From a bacterium (GTDB lineage Bacteria > Bacillota > Limnochordia > DTU080 > RSA5): a DNA stretch of 64,000 bases. The stretch covers positions 1,602 to 65,601 of the forward strand of contig PKEU01000137.1 of the NCBI GenBank assembly GCA_002919195.1. Reading direction: 5' to 3'. Numbering within the stretch: position 1 is the first letter of the stretch; every line of letters begins with the position of its first letter. Positions 22,317 through 30,832 of this stretch are shown in pieces. Below the pieces are notes generated by a model that searched no databases, was not told where the DNA came from, and saw only the letters and a list, made by a program, of their open reading frames with translations. A program made the position numbers and the translations under genes.

Positions 22317-22602
22317 TGACCGCCACCCCTCGCTCCTCGGGCTTGAGGCCCCGCACATTGTGGACGTGAACATGCTCACCCGGCTCGATGTCGGCCGTCG
22401 CGATCCCCATCCGCTCGCCGTACTTGATCACCGGCTCCCCCGCTCGGATCGGCCGGAGAGCGACTTTGTGCCCGTACGGAATGGCCTGCCGCGCCAGCGT
22501 CACCGGCTCCTCGCCTTCGGCTAAAAGCACCGGATCCCCGGGAGCAAGGTCCCGGACCAACACGGCCACCGAGTCGTCCGGGTGCATCCGCAAAGCGTTC
22601 AT
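22309..22602 (-). CDS. Stand-alone SAF-domain small subunit of a UxaA-type dehydratase
   Basis: HPDDSVAV, IPYGHKVAL, VIKYG, GEHVHVHN; GGGGAG SD before ATG at 22602. Confidence 0.9.
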   Translation of the reverse strand: MNALRMHPDDSVAVLVRDLAPGDPVLLAEGEEPVTLARQAIPYGHKVALRPIRAGEPVIKYGERMGIATADIEPGEHVHVHNVRGLKPEERGVAVNG

Positions 22603-22632
22603 CGACAACTCCCCTTTTCTTGGAGCGCTGCG

Positions 22633-23760
22633 TCAAAACGACGTCCAAAGCTGCGAGATGGCAAACTGACCGAGCCTCTCCCGCTCAGCGACGCAAAGCT
22701 CGCCGGACGCCACATCCAGGAGCCTCCGCAAGATGCGCTCTGCTTCCAGAGAGGTATCCTCGCTTTCCACCCGGTGGTCGACAAACTCGTCCAGCGCGCT
22801 CGTCCGCTCCGCCGCCGGCGCCACCACCACGCTGGGTGAGGCGATGCTCCCTGCGAAAAGACCGCGGCTTGCGGCGACGAGGATGATGTTGGCTCCTCCC
22901 GCGACCAGCCCGGTCATGGCTTCCACCGGATTTTGAGAGACTGTCATGAGGTGGAGCCCTGGGCCGCTGGGGCGCTCGGCGTACGCGACGACGCTCGCCA
23001 CCGGGGCCGAACCGCTCAAAGGCAGCTCCTTCTCCGCGCGGGCCCGTTCCTGATCGGAGTAGGGGCGGACCACTCGATCGCTCTGGCTTGCTTCAAGCCA
23101 CGCCTTTCGGGTCAACCCTTCCGCGAGCTGGGCAAGGCGCTTTTGGGCATCGCCGGTCACGGCCCGGTCGATCAGGGCATCGGCCCGAGGGGCCATGGCC
23201 CCTGAGACGCCTAAGATGACCCGGGCGCCCGCGGCGACGAGCCGGTCGATCACCGCGCCCACCGCGGGATAGACCGCACGGTACGCTCTCTCGTCGGCTT
23301 CGACACCCAGCACACCGACGCAGAGGCCCTCCGCCCCCTGGAGCGTTCGGCTTTCGGCCTCCCGGTCTTTGGCAAACCTCTCGACGATCTCAATCCCCAA
23401 ACGGCGCACGACATCGCTGCCGCCAGCTTCTTGAATCCCTAGCACCTCGATGGGCTTTCGCGCCGGGATATGTTGGGCCAAAACATCCGCTTGGTTGGTT
23501 TCGCACCCCAGTCCTACGAGCAAAACGGCGCCGATGTTGGGATTTGCTGCGACCCCTGCCAGGGTTCGTCGGGTCTGACTCAAGTCGTCCCCGACCTGCG
23601 ATCACCCAAAGGGATGGACAAGCGCGACGGCTTGAGGCACTTCATGGGCGATCTCCTTGACCGGCGTCGTGGAGCAGATCACCGAGGCCATCACGCCGAC
23701 GAAGTTTCGCGTTCCCACTTCTCCGTTTTCGCGCAGGAATCCCCAAAACTCTAATTTCAT
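22633..23760 (-). CDS. UxaA/GarD-family subunit with in-frame UGA at codon 53 (putative selenocysteine), 375 aa
   Basis: AGAAAGGTG SD then ATG at 23760: MKLEFWGFLRENGEVGTRNFVGVMASVICSTT...HPFG-UGA(23602-23604)-SQVGDDLSQTRRTL...NPNIGAVLLVGLGCE; the UGA aligns with the Cys of the family GCSQLGDD motif. Confidence 0.8.
23568..23604 (-). promoter_or_regulatory. Candidate SECIS hairpin downstream of the UGA
   Basis: CAGGUCG-GGGA-CGACUUG (23581-23598) with a UGAU/GUCA lower stem; an alternative fold is GUCGGG/CCCGAC capped by GAC-UUGA-GUC. Confidence 0.5.
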
Positions 23761-23811
23761 TGCGCACACCTTTCTTTTCCGGGGCGACCGTCCTTTGTCT
23801 TCCTCAAGAGC

Positions 23812-24357
23812 TTATTGATCCTCGCCAAGGGCCGGTGCATCGTCAAACTCGCGGCCTGCGGCCACCTCGTCGACCAGCGCCGGCGGCTCGGCGTCCACCT
23901 CCTCCACGCTGCTCACCAGTTGATCGATGCGACGGAGAAACTCCTCGGCAGCCCTCCCCACCGCCGCGCGAAACTCCTGGGCGTCCCGGCGGAGCCGCGC
24001 CGTGCGGACCGAGGCCTCTCGAGCCTCTCGCCGGACGTCTTCGAGAAGCTCCTGGGCCTTTGCGCGCGCCTCCTTCAACGTCGCCTCGGCTTCCTTTCGC
24101 GCCGCTTCCTTGAGGTCGTCCGCCGTCCGTTGGGCCAGCGCCAGGGTCTCTTCGATCTGGCGCTCGGTGCGGGAGTACTCGTCGATCCTTGCCTCGAGTT
24201 CCTTGATCCTTTCCCGCAGTCGCTCATTTTCACGATAAAGGGTTTCATACTCCCCGACGACCCGGTGCAAAAAGGCGTCGACCTCATCGGGGTTGTACCC
24301 TTTCCATACCCGCTTAAACTCTGCCTGGAGTATATCCCTGGGCGTGAGCACCGCCAT
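23812..24357 (-). CDS. divIVA: DivIVA cell division protein
   Basis: LTPRDI...F...KGYNPDEVDAFL N-terminal domain plus coiled coil; follows ylmH. Confidence 0.93.
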   Translation of the reverse strand: MAVLTPRDILQAEFKRVWKGYNPDEVDAFLHRVVGEYETLYRENERLRERIKELEARIDEYSRTERQIEETLALAQRTADDLKEAARKEAEATLKEARAKAQELLEDVRREAREASVRTARLRRDAQEFRAAVGRAAEEFLRRIDQLVSSVEEVDAEPPALVDEVAAGREFDDAPALGEDQ

Positions 24358-24362
24358 CCCCC

Positions 24363-25157
24363 TCAGACGTAACGCTTGAGTAACAGGCTGATCCTTCCCT
24401 TGCGCGTGGTCCCCTGGACCTCTTCGACCACGACCCGGCCCCTGCCCCGGATCGAGAGGGTATCGCCTTGAGCGACGCTGTGGGCAGGGTCCCGCACAGT
24501 CTTCCAGTTGAGCTTGACCCTCTCCCCTTTGATCTCGCGCGCCATGCGGGTCCGGGAGACGCCGAACCCTAAGCTTGCAACGGCGTCGAGCCGCAGAGAA
24601 GCGACGGTCGCCCGGATCTCTTTGACCCGTTCCGGCGGGACTTCGAGCCGCTCCGGATCGATCCGCTCCACCGTGACCGGTATTTTCCCGACGTGGGTCA
24701 GGTGAGTCAAAAGAAAATCGGCGACCTCCACAGCGACGACCGCCTGGAAGCCCCGGCTCGTGACGATGATATCGCCCACCTTGTCCCGCTCGAGGCCCGT
24801 GCCCAGGATCGCGCCCAAGCAGTCCCGGTGACCGGCCCCGTCAAACTTGCTTTCCAGCGTAAGATCAAGCGCCGCGATCGGCTCATCAAACTCCTCATGG
24901 GAGTCATATTCGGGAAAGATCAAAAGGCGCCTCCGCTCAGCCTTGGGATAGCCGCCGTACGCCCTATAGGAGACTTCAGGAATCGACCCTAAAATGGACT
25001 GGGCAATCTTTTGCCCTAGAGGATCGAGGAAATCGCTCGCCAGTGGACGATCGTCGCGGAGGGCCCGCTCGGCAAGGTCGACCAGGCGAGCTCCGATGGC
25101 CCGCTCCTCTGCGCCTTGGAGGTGTAAGAGAAGCCGCTCCCTATCCATCGTCCTCAC
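24363..25157 (-). CDS. ylmH: YlmH S4-domain RNA-binding protein
   Basis: SDFLDP, GGYPKAERRR, HRDCLG, VASLRLD, SIRGRGR. Confidence 0.92.
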   Translation of the reverse strand: MRTMDRERLLLHLQGAEERAIGARLVDLAERALRDDRPLASDFLDPLGQKIAQSILGSIPEVSYRAYGGYPKAERRRLLIFPEYDSHEEFDEPIAALDLTLESKFDGAGHRDCLGAILGTGLERDKVGDIIVTSRGFQAVVAVEVADFLLTHLTHVGKIPVTVERIDPERLEVPPERVKEIRATVASLRLDAVASLGFGVSRTRMAREIKGERVKLNWKTVRDPAHSVAQGDTLSIRGRGRVVVEEVQGTTRKGRISLLLKRYV

Positions 25158-25417
25158 AGCCCCACCCCGATCAAGAGCCGGACCACGAAGTTGCCGACGA
25201 TGCGCAACACGATAAAGACGATGATCGGGGAGAAATCGAGCCCGCCCGCCGGCGGGATCAGCTGCCGGGCCGGCCGGAGCACCGGTTCGGTCACCCGGTA
25301 GAGAAAGGAGATGATCGGGTGATCGACGTCAATGCGAAGCCACGAAAGGATCAGCCGGGCAAAGATCACCCATCCATACAACTCAAACAAGGTCCTCACT
25401 AAAGGCGAGAGCAGCAC
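25154..25417 (-). CDS. ylmG: YggT/YlmG membrane protein
   Basis: RLILSW, VTEPVLRPAR, LDFSPII. Confidence 0.92.
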   Translation of the reverse strand: MLLSPLVRTLFELYGWVIFARLILSWLRIDVDHPIISFLYRVTEPVLRPARQLIPPAGGLDFSPIIVFIVLRIVGNFVVRLLIGVGL

Positions 25418-25418
25418 G

Positions 25419-26234
25419 TCAGGACGTCCCCTCTCCGAGTTGTCGTGAGCGCCGGGCCGCTTGGCGCACCGCTTCCCGCAAGGCGCCGCGCACCCCGCTG
25501 GTTTCGAGGACGCCCATCCCCTCCGCGGTAGTCCCCGCAGGGGAGATCACGCGATCTCGCAACACCGCCGGGTGCTCTCCCGTCTCCAGCATGAGCTTGG
25601 CCGCTCCCAGCACGGTCTGCGCCGCCAGCTCCAGCGCCACGGCCCGGGGCAGCCCCTCGGCCACCCCACCGTCGGCAAGGCTTTCGATGACCGTCAGCAC
25701 GTAGGCCGGGCCGCTGCCCGAAAGGCCCGTGACTGCGTCCATCAACGCTTCGTCCACAAAGACGACGCGCCCCGTGGCCTCGAGGATCGCCGCCGCCTCT
25801 TGGGCGTGCTCCCGGGTGGCGTGCCGCCCCTGGCAGACGGCGGCCGCGCCGGCGCCCACCACACAGGGTAGGTTGGGCATCACCCGGACCACGGGCACGC
25901 CCGCGGGCAAAAACGACTCGATCGTCGCCGTCGAGACGCCAGCCATGATCGAGACGACGGTTTTCCCGGCGTCCAGCTGGCCGCCGATCTCGCCCAAGAC
26001 GTCCGCCGCGTGCTGCGGCTTCACCGCGAGCACCAGCACGTCGGCGAAGGCGACGACCTGCCGGTTGTCGTGCGTGACCCGGATGTGGTGTTTCTTGGCA
26101 ACCGCCTCCCGCCGGGCTTCGCTCACGTCGGACGCGATCAACCGCTCCGCGGTCACCAGCCCAGAGCCAAGGACACCGGCGATGAGGGCTTCAGCCATCA
26201 TGCCGGCGCCGATAAAGCCTATGCGCCGCTCCAT
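25419..26234 (-). CDS. proC: Pyrroline-5-carboxylate reductase
   Basis: IGFIGAGMM, LAVKPQ, RVMPN, GLSGSGPAY, SPAGTT. Confidence 0.95.
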   Translation of the reverse strand: MERRIGFIGAGMMAEALIAGVLGSGLVTAERLIASDVSEARREAVAKKHHIRVTHDNRQVVAFADVLVLAVKPQHAADVLGEIGGQLDAGKTVVSIMAGVSTATIESFLPAGVPVVRVMPNLPCVVGAGAAAVCQGRHATREHAQEAAAILEATGRVVFVDEALMDAVTGLSGSGPAYVLTVIESLADGGVAEGLPRAVALELAAQTVLGAAKLMLETGEHPAVLRDRVISPAGTTAEGMGVLETSGVRGALREAVRQAARRSRQLGEGTS

Positions 26235-26698
26235 CAGGAAAAGATCTCCTCCTCGTGCCACGAACGGGCGGTTTCGGCGTCGATGGTGACGTTGACCGGG
26301 GCAAAGAGGAAGATCTCCTCCCCGATGCGGTGCACTTTCCCGTCCAGCGCGTACGTCGTGCCGCTCATAAAGTCGATGATTCGCCGGCAAAGGGGTTTGT
26401 CGACCCCTTCCAGGGAGAGGATCACCGGCTGGCGTTCTTTCAAGTGGTCGGCGATCTGCTGCACTTCCTCGTACGACCGGGGCCGGATCACCGAGACGCG
26501 AAACTGCCCGCCGGCCCGGTTGGGACCGGGGAGGCTGACCAACCGCCCCCGTTTCGGCGACTCGGAGGACGCGGCTTGAGCGCGGGGGGGTTCAATCGGT
26601 TCGGGGAGCGGCTTTTCCGGCTCCTCAGCCACTTGTTCTTCTTGGATTCCCATAAACTGTAGGATCCTGTCCAAGAACCGGCGTTGCTGTTGTGACAC
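26234..26698 (-). CDS. sepF: Cell division protein SepF
   Basis: RIIDFMSGTTYALDG, IFLFAP; AAGGAGG SD before GTG at 26698. Confidence 0.93.
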   Translation of the reverse strand: MSQQQRRFLDRILQFMGIQEEQVAEEPEKPLPEPIEPPRAQAASSESPKRGRLVSLPGPNRAGGQFRVSVIRPRSYEEVQQIADHLKERQPVILSLEGVDKPLCRRIIDFMSGTTYALDGKVHRIGEEIFLFAPVNVTIDAETARSWHEEEIFS

Positions 26699-26793
26699 CT
26701 CGTGCGCCCTCCTTGAAACCGGCGAGGATCCGGCGGCCAAAGGCGCTGGCCTCGCCGGCGCGGCGGATGTTCCCCCGGATCAGCGCGCCAAGA

Positions 26794-27486
26794 TCACGTG
26801 CGCGGCCCAAAGATGGCGCTCCCCACCCGGATCATGGTGGCGCCCTCTTCGATCGCGATGGGGAAGTCGTTGCTCATCCCCATGGAAAGGTGCTCCATCG
26901 ATACGCCTGCGATATTTGCTTTTTCGATCTCTTGACTGAGGCTGCGCAGCGATGCAAACACCCAGCGGATCAGGCCGGTGTCGCCGGTCAAAGGCGCCAT
27001 CGTCATCAGTCCCCTGACCCGCAGGCCCTCGACCTCGGCCACCTGCTCCACCAGCTCCAACGCCCTTTCAGGAGCCACGCCGTGTTTGGTCTCCTCTCCC
27101 GAGACGTTGACCTGGATTAAACAATCGATCGTCCGCCCTTCCCGCTGGGCCCTCTTGCCCAAGGCTTGGGCCAGCTCGATGCGGTCGAGGGAGTGCACCC
27201 AGTCAAAGAGGCCTGGGATGTAACGGGCTTTGTTGGTCTGGAGGTGGCCGATCAAGTGGCGGACGACGCCCGCCGGCACGTGGGGAAACTTGTCCCGTGC
27301 CTCTTGCACCCGGTTTTCCCCGATGTGCTCGACGCCGGCGGAGATTGCGGCCTGGATCACGTCGGCTGGGATCGTTTTCGTCACCGCGATCAGCGTCACC
27401 TCAGCCGGGTCGCGCCCGGCACGCGCACATGCCTCAGCGATCGTCTCTTTCACCCTCGCGAGGCGCTCCGCGATCAACTCTTTCAC
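26794..27486 (-). CDS. yggS: PLP homeostasis protein YggS/YlmE
   Basis: IAVTKT, GENRVQE, IGHLQTNK, GLMTM, LSMGMSND, IRVGSAIFG. Confidence 0.95.
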   Translation of the reverse strand: MKELIAERLARVKETIAEACARAGRDPAEVTLIAVTKTIPADVIQAAISAGVEHIGENRVQEARDKFPHVPAGVVRHLIGHLQTNKARYIPGLFDWVHSLDRIELAQALGKRAQREGRTIDCLIQVNVSGEETKHGVAPERALELVEQVAEVEGLRVRGLMTMAPLTGDTGLIRWVFASLRSLSQEIEKANIAGVSMEHLSMGMSNDFPIAIEEGATMIRVGSAIFGPRT

Positions 27487-27582
27487 CCAAACGGCCTCCA
27501 CACACAACTTATCTCGGTATTCGGCAACGGCGACACCGCTCCTTCACACAGGCCTCGCGCCTCGAAAAAGCCAAACCGCTGT

Positions 27583-28821
27583 TTAGCGGGTCCTAAGGCG
27601 CGACGGGTTGACGACGACCCGGGCGCCCACTGGCACGCCGACGACCCCATCGACCACGGCCTGGCGCTCGTTGGCCCCTAAGACCCTGACCTCGCGAAAG
27701 ACGGGAGTGTCGCCAGCCAAGATATAAACGCCCTTCTTTCCCCTTTCCTCAACAATGGCCGAGCGGGGCACCACGATCCCCTCCCGCCGTTCGGTCGTGA
27801 GGATCACGTCGGCTTCCCGGCGGTGGATGAGGCTGAAGTCAAAGGCGTCGAGCTCGACTCGCCCGTAAAACTCGCCGTCGACGGTCGTGCTTTCGACCAA
27901 GCGGCCCGAAAAACTCCGCTCGGGGATCGAGCGGAAATCCAGGATCACCCGGGTGCCCGGAGCCAGAGCCGTCCCTTTGACCCGGATCGCCACTTCGACA
28001 CGGGCCGTTTCCACGACGCGAAAAAGAGGATCCCCACGTTCGACCCGCGCGCCGTCGGCCAACCGCTGCTCTCTGCCGGCTTTTTTCGCAAAGAGCGTCG
28101 CGGGATTGGCCCCGGGGATAAACTCGTCTTCGAGCCCGTCGATGGCAAAGCTGATCATCCCCGCTGACGGCGAACGCACCAGGGTCCTGTCCCCCGGACG
28201 GAGCGAAAGCAGCGCCTCGCGCTGAGAAAGGAGTTCGCGCCGCTCTTGCTCCTCCATGCGGTCGAGATCGGCCAGGGCCTGGTCGATGCCGGCCAGCTCG
28301 CGCTCGATGGCCTGCCTGCGGCTTTCCGCATCACGCGCCGCCTCGGTTTCCCCTTTCGCTAAGGCCTCGCTCAGTACTTGCCGCGCGTCGGCGAGCCTGC
28401 GTTGGACCTCTTGGCGGAGCAACAGGAGGCGGCCCCGCTCGGCGGCCAAAGCCGTCCCCGTCTGCGCGAGCCTGCGGTTGATCTCCTCCACCTGCCCAAG
28501 GGAACGGGCTGCCTGCGAGGTCTCGCTCAATTCGACGATGACGTCGCCCGTGCGCACGTGGCGGCCTTCGCCCACCAACAGCGTGACGCGCCCCGGCAGA
28601 GGAGCATACACGACGTGTTCGTTGCGGAGAAAGACGGCTTTCCCCTCGTAACGGGTCTCCACGGAGCCATAGACCGCCTCGGCCGTCCGCAGCCCTAAAC
28701 GAAAGAGGGCGCGATCGCCCTTGCTCGCTGCATACCAGAGAAGAAGAACCGCCAGCAGGATTTGTCCTACCAGCTTTAAACGGGGAAAATCGCCGCTTTT
28801 GGGGCGGTCGCTTGCGGCCAC
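27583..28821 (-). CDS. HlyD/membrane-fusion-like coiled-coil protein typical upstream of yggS
   Basis: N-terminal TM, lipoyl-like APLPGRV...GEG, coiled coil, SFAIDGLE, IVVPRSAI. Confidence 0.75.
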   Translation of the reverse strand: MAASDRPKSGDFPRLKLVGQILLAVLLLWYAASKGDRALFRLGLRTAEAVYGSVETRYEGKAVFLRNEHVVYAPLPGRVTLLVGEGRHVRTGDVIVELSETSQAARSLGQVEEINRRLAQTGTALAAERGRLLLLRQEVQRRLADARQVLSEALAKGETEAARDAESRRQAIERELAGIDQALADLDRMEEQERRELLSQREALLSLRPGDRTLVRSPSAGMISFAIDGLEDEFIPGANPATLFAKKAGREQRLADGARVERGDPLFRVVETARVEVAIRVKGTALAPGTRVILDFRSIPERSFSGRLVESTTVDGEFYGRVELDAFDFSLIHRREADVILTTERREGIVVPRSAIVEERGKKGVYILAGDTPVFREVRVLGANERQAVVDGVVGVPVGARVVVNPSRLRTR

Positions 28822-28880
28822 TGCTCTTCCCTCTCCCTCAAGGCCCAAGCGCTTTCCGGTTAGCGTTTCACGCTCCTTTC

Positions 28881-28905
28881 ATTCGACGGCGCGTGATACC
28901 GTCCT
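28881..28905 (-). promoter_or_regulatory. sigmaH-like promoter of the division cluster
   Basis: AGGA-N17-GAAT (AAGGA...GTCGAAT). Confidence 0.55.
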
Positions 28906-28911
28906 TGCGCG

Positions 28912-29712
28912 CTATGACCGGCCTACGAGCCACAGCGCAAGGAGCCCGGCAAGCCAGGTGTAGACGGCAAATCCTTTGAGCGAGCCGCTTTTCAAGAAAC
29001 GCAAGAACAGGGCGATCGACGCGTACCCGGCCAAAGCCGCCGAGGCGGTGCCGGCTAAGATGGGAACGCTGGCCTCCATCCCGTTTTCAAACAGCGAGGG
29101 AAGCTCGATCAAGGTGGCGCCCAAGATCGCTGGAATCGCCAGCAAGAAGGCGAAACGGGCCGCCCCCTGCCGGTCAAATCCCCGCATGAGACCCGCCGCC
29201 AAGGTCGAGCCGGAACGGGAGATTCCGGGCAAGATCGCGAGCGCCTGCCCGCAGCCGATCCAGAGGGCGTCCGAAAGCGTGGGAATCGTCAAGGACGAAC
29301 GATCGCGCCGCTCCGCGGCCCGGTCGGAAAACCAGAGGATGGCTCCGGTGACGAGCAGCATCGCCGCGGCGAAACGGGGCGCGGCGAAGAGCTCCTCCAC
29401 CTGGTCTTTCAACAAAAGGCCGGCCGCCGCCACGGGAAGGCTGCCCACTAACACCGCGAGAAATCGCTTCCTTCCTTCTTGCTTGTGCTGCGGATGACCC
29501 AGCACACCCAGGAGGATGGGGTACCAGTCGTCTTTGAGCGCGACGAGCACCGCGATGAGGGTGCCAAAGTGCACCATGATGTCAAAGGTCAAGCTCTCCC
29601 TGGGGACGTCAAGGAGCGCCCCCGCGATCACCAGGTGGCCGGAGCTGCTCACCGGCAAAAATTCGGTGACGCCCTGTACCAGACCGAGCACGATCGCTTG
29701 CCAAATCGTCAA
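28912..29712 (-). CDS. uppP: Undecaprenyl-diphosphate phosphatase BacA/UppP
   Basis: QGVTEFLPVSSSGH, PGISRSGST, FAFLLAIP. Confidence 0.96.
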   Translation of the reverse strand: MTIWQAIVLGLVQGVTEFLPVSSSGHLVIAGALLDVPRESLTFDIMVHFGTLIAVLVALKDDWYPILLGVLGHPQHKQEGRKRFLAVLVGSLPVAAAGLLLKDQVEELFAAPRFAAAMLLVTGAILWFSDRAAERRDRSSLTIPTLSDALWIGCGQALAILPGISRSGSTLAAGLMRGFDRQGAARFAFLLAIPAILGATLIELPSLFENGMEASVPILAGTASAALAGYASIALFLRFLKSGSLKGFAVYTWLAGLLALWLVGRS

Positions 29713-29753
29713 CGCAATGCCCCCTTTACGGACAGCTCAACGACTTTGGCTCG

Positions 29754-29780
29754 ATTCCCCGCTGTCCGCTTCACTCCTGC
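29754..29780 (-). promoter_or_regulatory. sigmaH-like promoter of uppP
   Basis: GCAGGA then N17 then GAAT (GGGGAAT). Confidence 0.55.
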
Positions 29781-29834
29781 AACGTATCTCAGACGTTCTC
29801 TCAAGGCGCGGCTTGCCCATTGAAGGATCGATCG

Positions 29835-30785
29835 CTAGTCGCGGCCGGAGCGCTCCTGGTCTCCGGCAAGGCGCGCGATCCTATCGACAAAGGGCAGCGC
29901 CACGGCGACGGTGATGACGTTGAACAGAGTGTGGGCGTGGGCTACTTGCCTTCCCGGGGCTACGGCCAACCCCGCGAGCCACGGGGCGAGGTACGGCATG
30001 AAGACTAGGGCGATGAGGGCTCCCAGGAGGTTGAAGCCCAGATCGAGCCAGGCGGCCCGGCGGGCGAGCGGACCGCCCGACAGGCTGGCTAAGATGGTCG
30101 TCGTCACGGTGCCTATGTTGCTCCCCAGGGTCGCCGCGATCGCCGCACGCACCGGAAGGACGCCGGCATCGGCCAGGCCCACTAAGAGACTGGTCACCGC
30201 CGAGCTGCTCTGGACGACGGCGGTCAACAGCGCGCCCGCGGCCAGCGACGCCCCGTCGCTCGCTTGAGCGGCCGCCAGAAAGGCTCCGAGCCCCGACGCC
30301 GCGCCGAGCTGGGCGAGAGAGCCGCCGAGGGCCCACAAGCCGTAAAAGAGTCCACCGACGCCCATCAGCGCTTTCCCGCCTGCGTGGATGCCGGGACGTG
30401 GGACCCACTGCAAGAAAAAGCCTGCTACAAGCAGGGGAAGGCCCAGATCACCGAGCCCCAAAGCGACGATCTGGCCGGTGATGGTCGTGCCGACGTTAGC
30501 GCCCAAAATGACGGCAAAGGCGTGCTTCAGGCGCAGCACCCCCGCCGCCACCAAGCCGACGGCCATCGAGTTGGTAGCGCTGGAGCTTTGAATCAACGCC
30601 GTGACGAGAAAGCCGAGGAGCGCGCCCTGAAGAGGATGGCCGGTGGCCCGGCGCAGCCACGGGCCCACCCTAGGCTGGAGCGCTTCCAAGCTCTCTTTTA
30701 GAAGGAAAAGGCTGCAAAAAAAGATCGCCAGCGCGACCAAGACAGCGAAGAGAGACAACAAGAAAGACACCCCTTCCATCAACAT
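29835..30785 (-). CDS. Na/Pi cotransporter family protein (short YqeW-like form)
   Basis: Twice-repeated QSSSA and GANVGTT/GSNIGT motifs, AHAHTLFN. Confidence 0.88.
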   Translation of the reverse strand: MLMEGVSFLLSLFAVLVALAIFFCSLFLLKESLEALQPRVGPWLRRATGHPLQGALLGFLVTALIQSSSATNSMAVGLVAAGVLRLKHAFAVILGANVGTTITGQIVALGLGDLGLPLLVAGFFLQWVPRPGIHAGGKALMGVGGLFYGLWALGGSLAQLGAASGLGAFLAAAQASDGASLAAGALLTAVVQSSSAVTSLLVGLADAGVLPVRAAIAATLGSNIGTVTTTILASLSGGPLARRAAWLDLGFNLLGALIALVFMPYLAPWLAGLAVAPGRQVAHAHTLFNVITVAVALPFVDRIARLAGDQERSGRD

Positions 30786-30832
30786 CTACGGGAAGGGGTG
30801 TCCAGCTAGACCACGGTTGGAAGGATGAGCTT

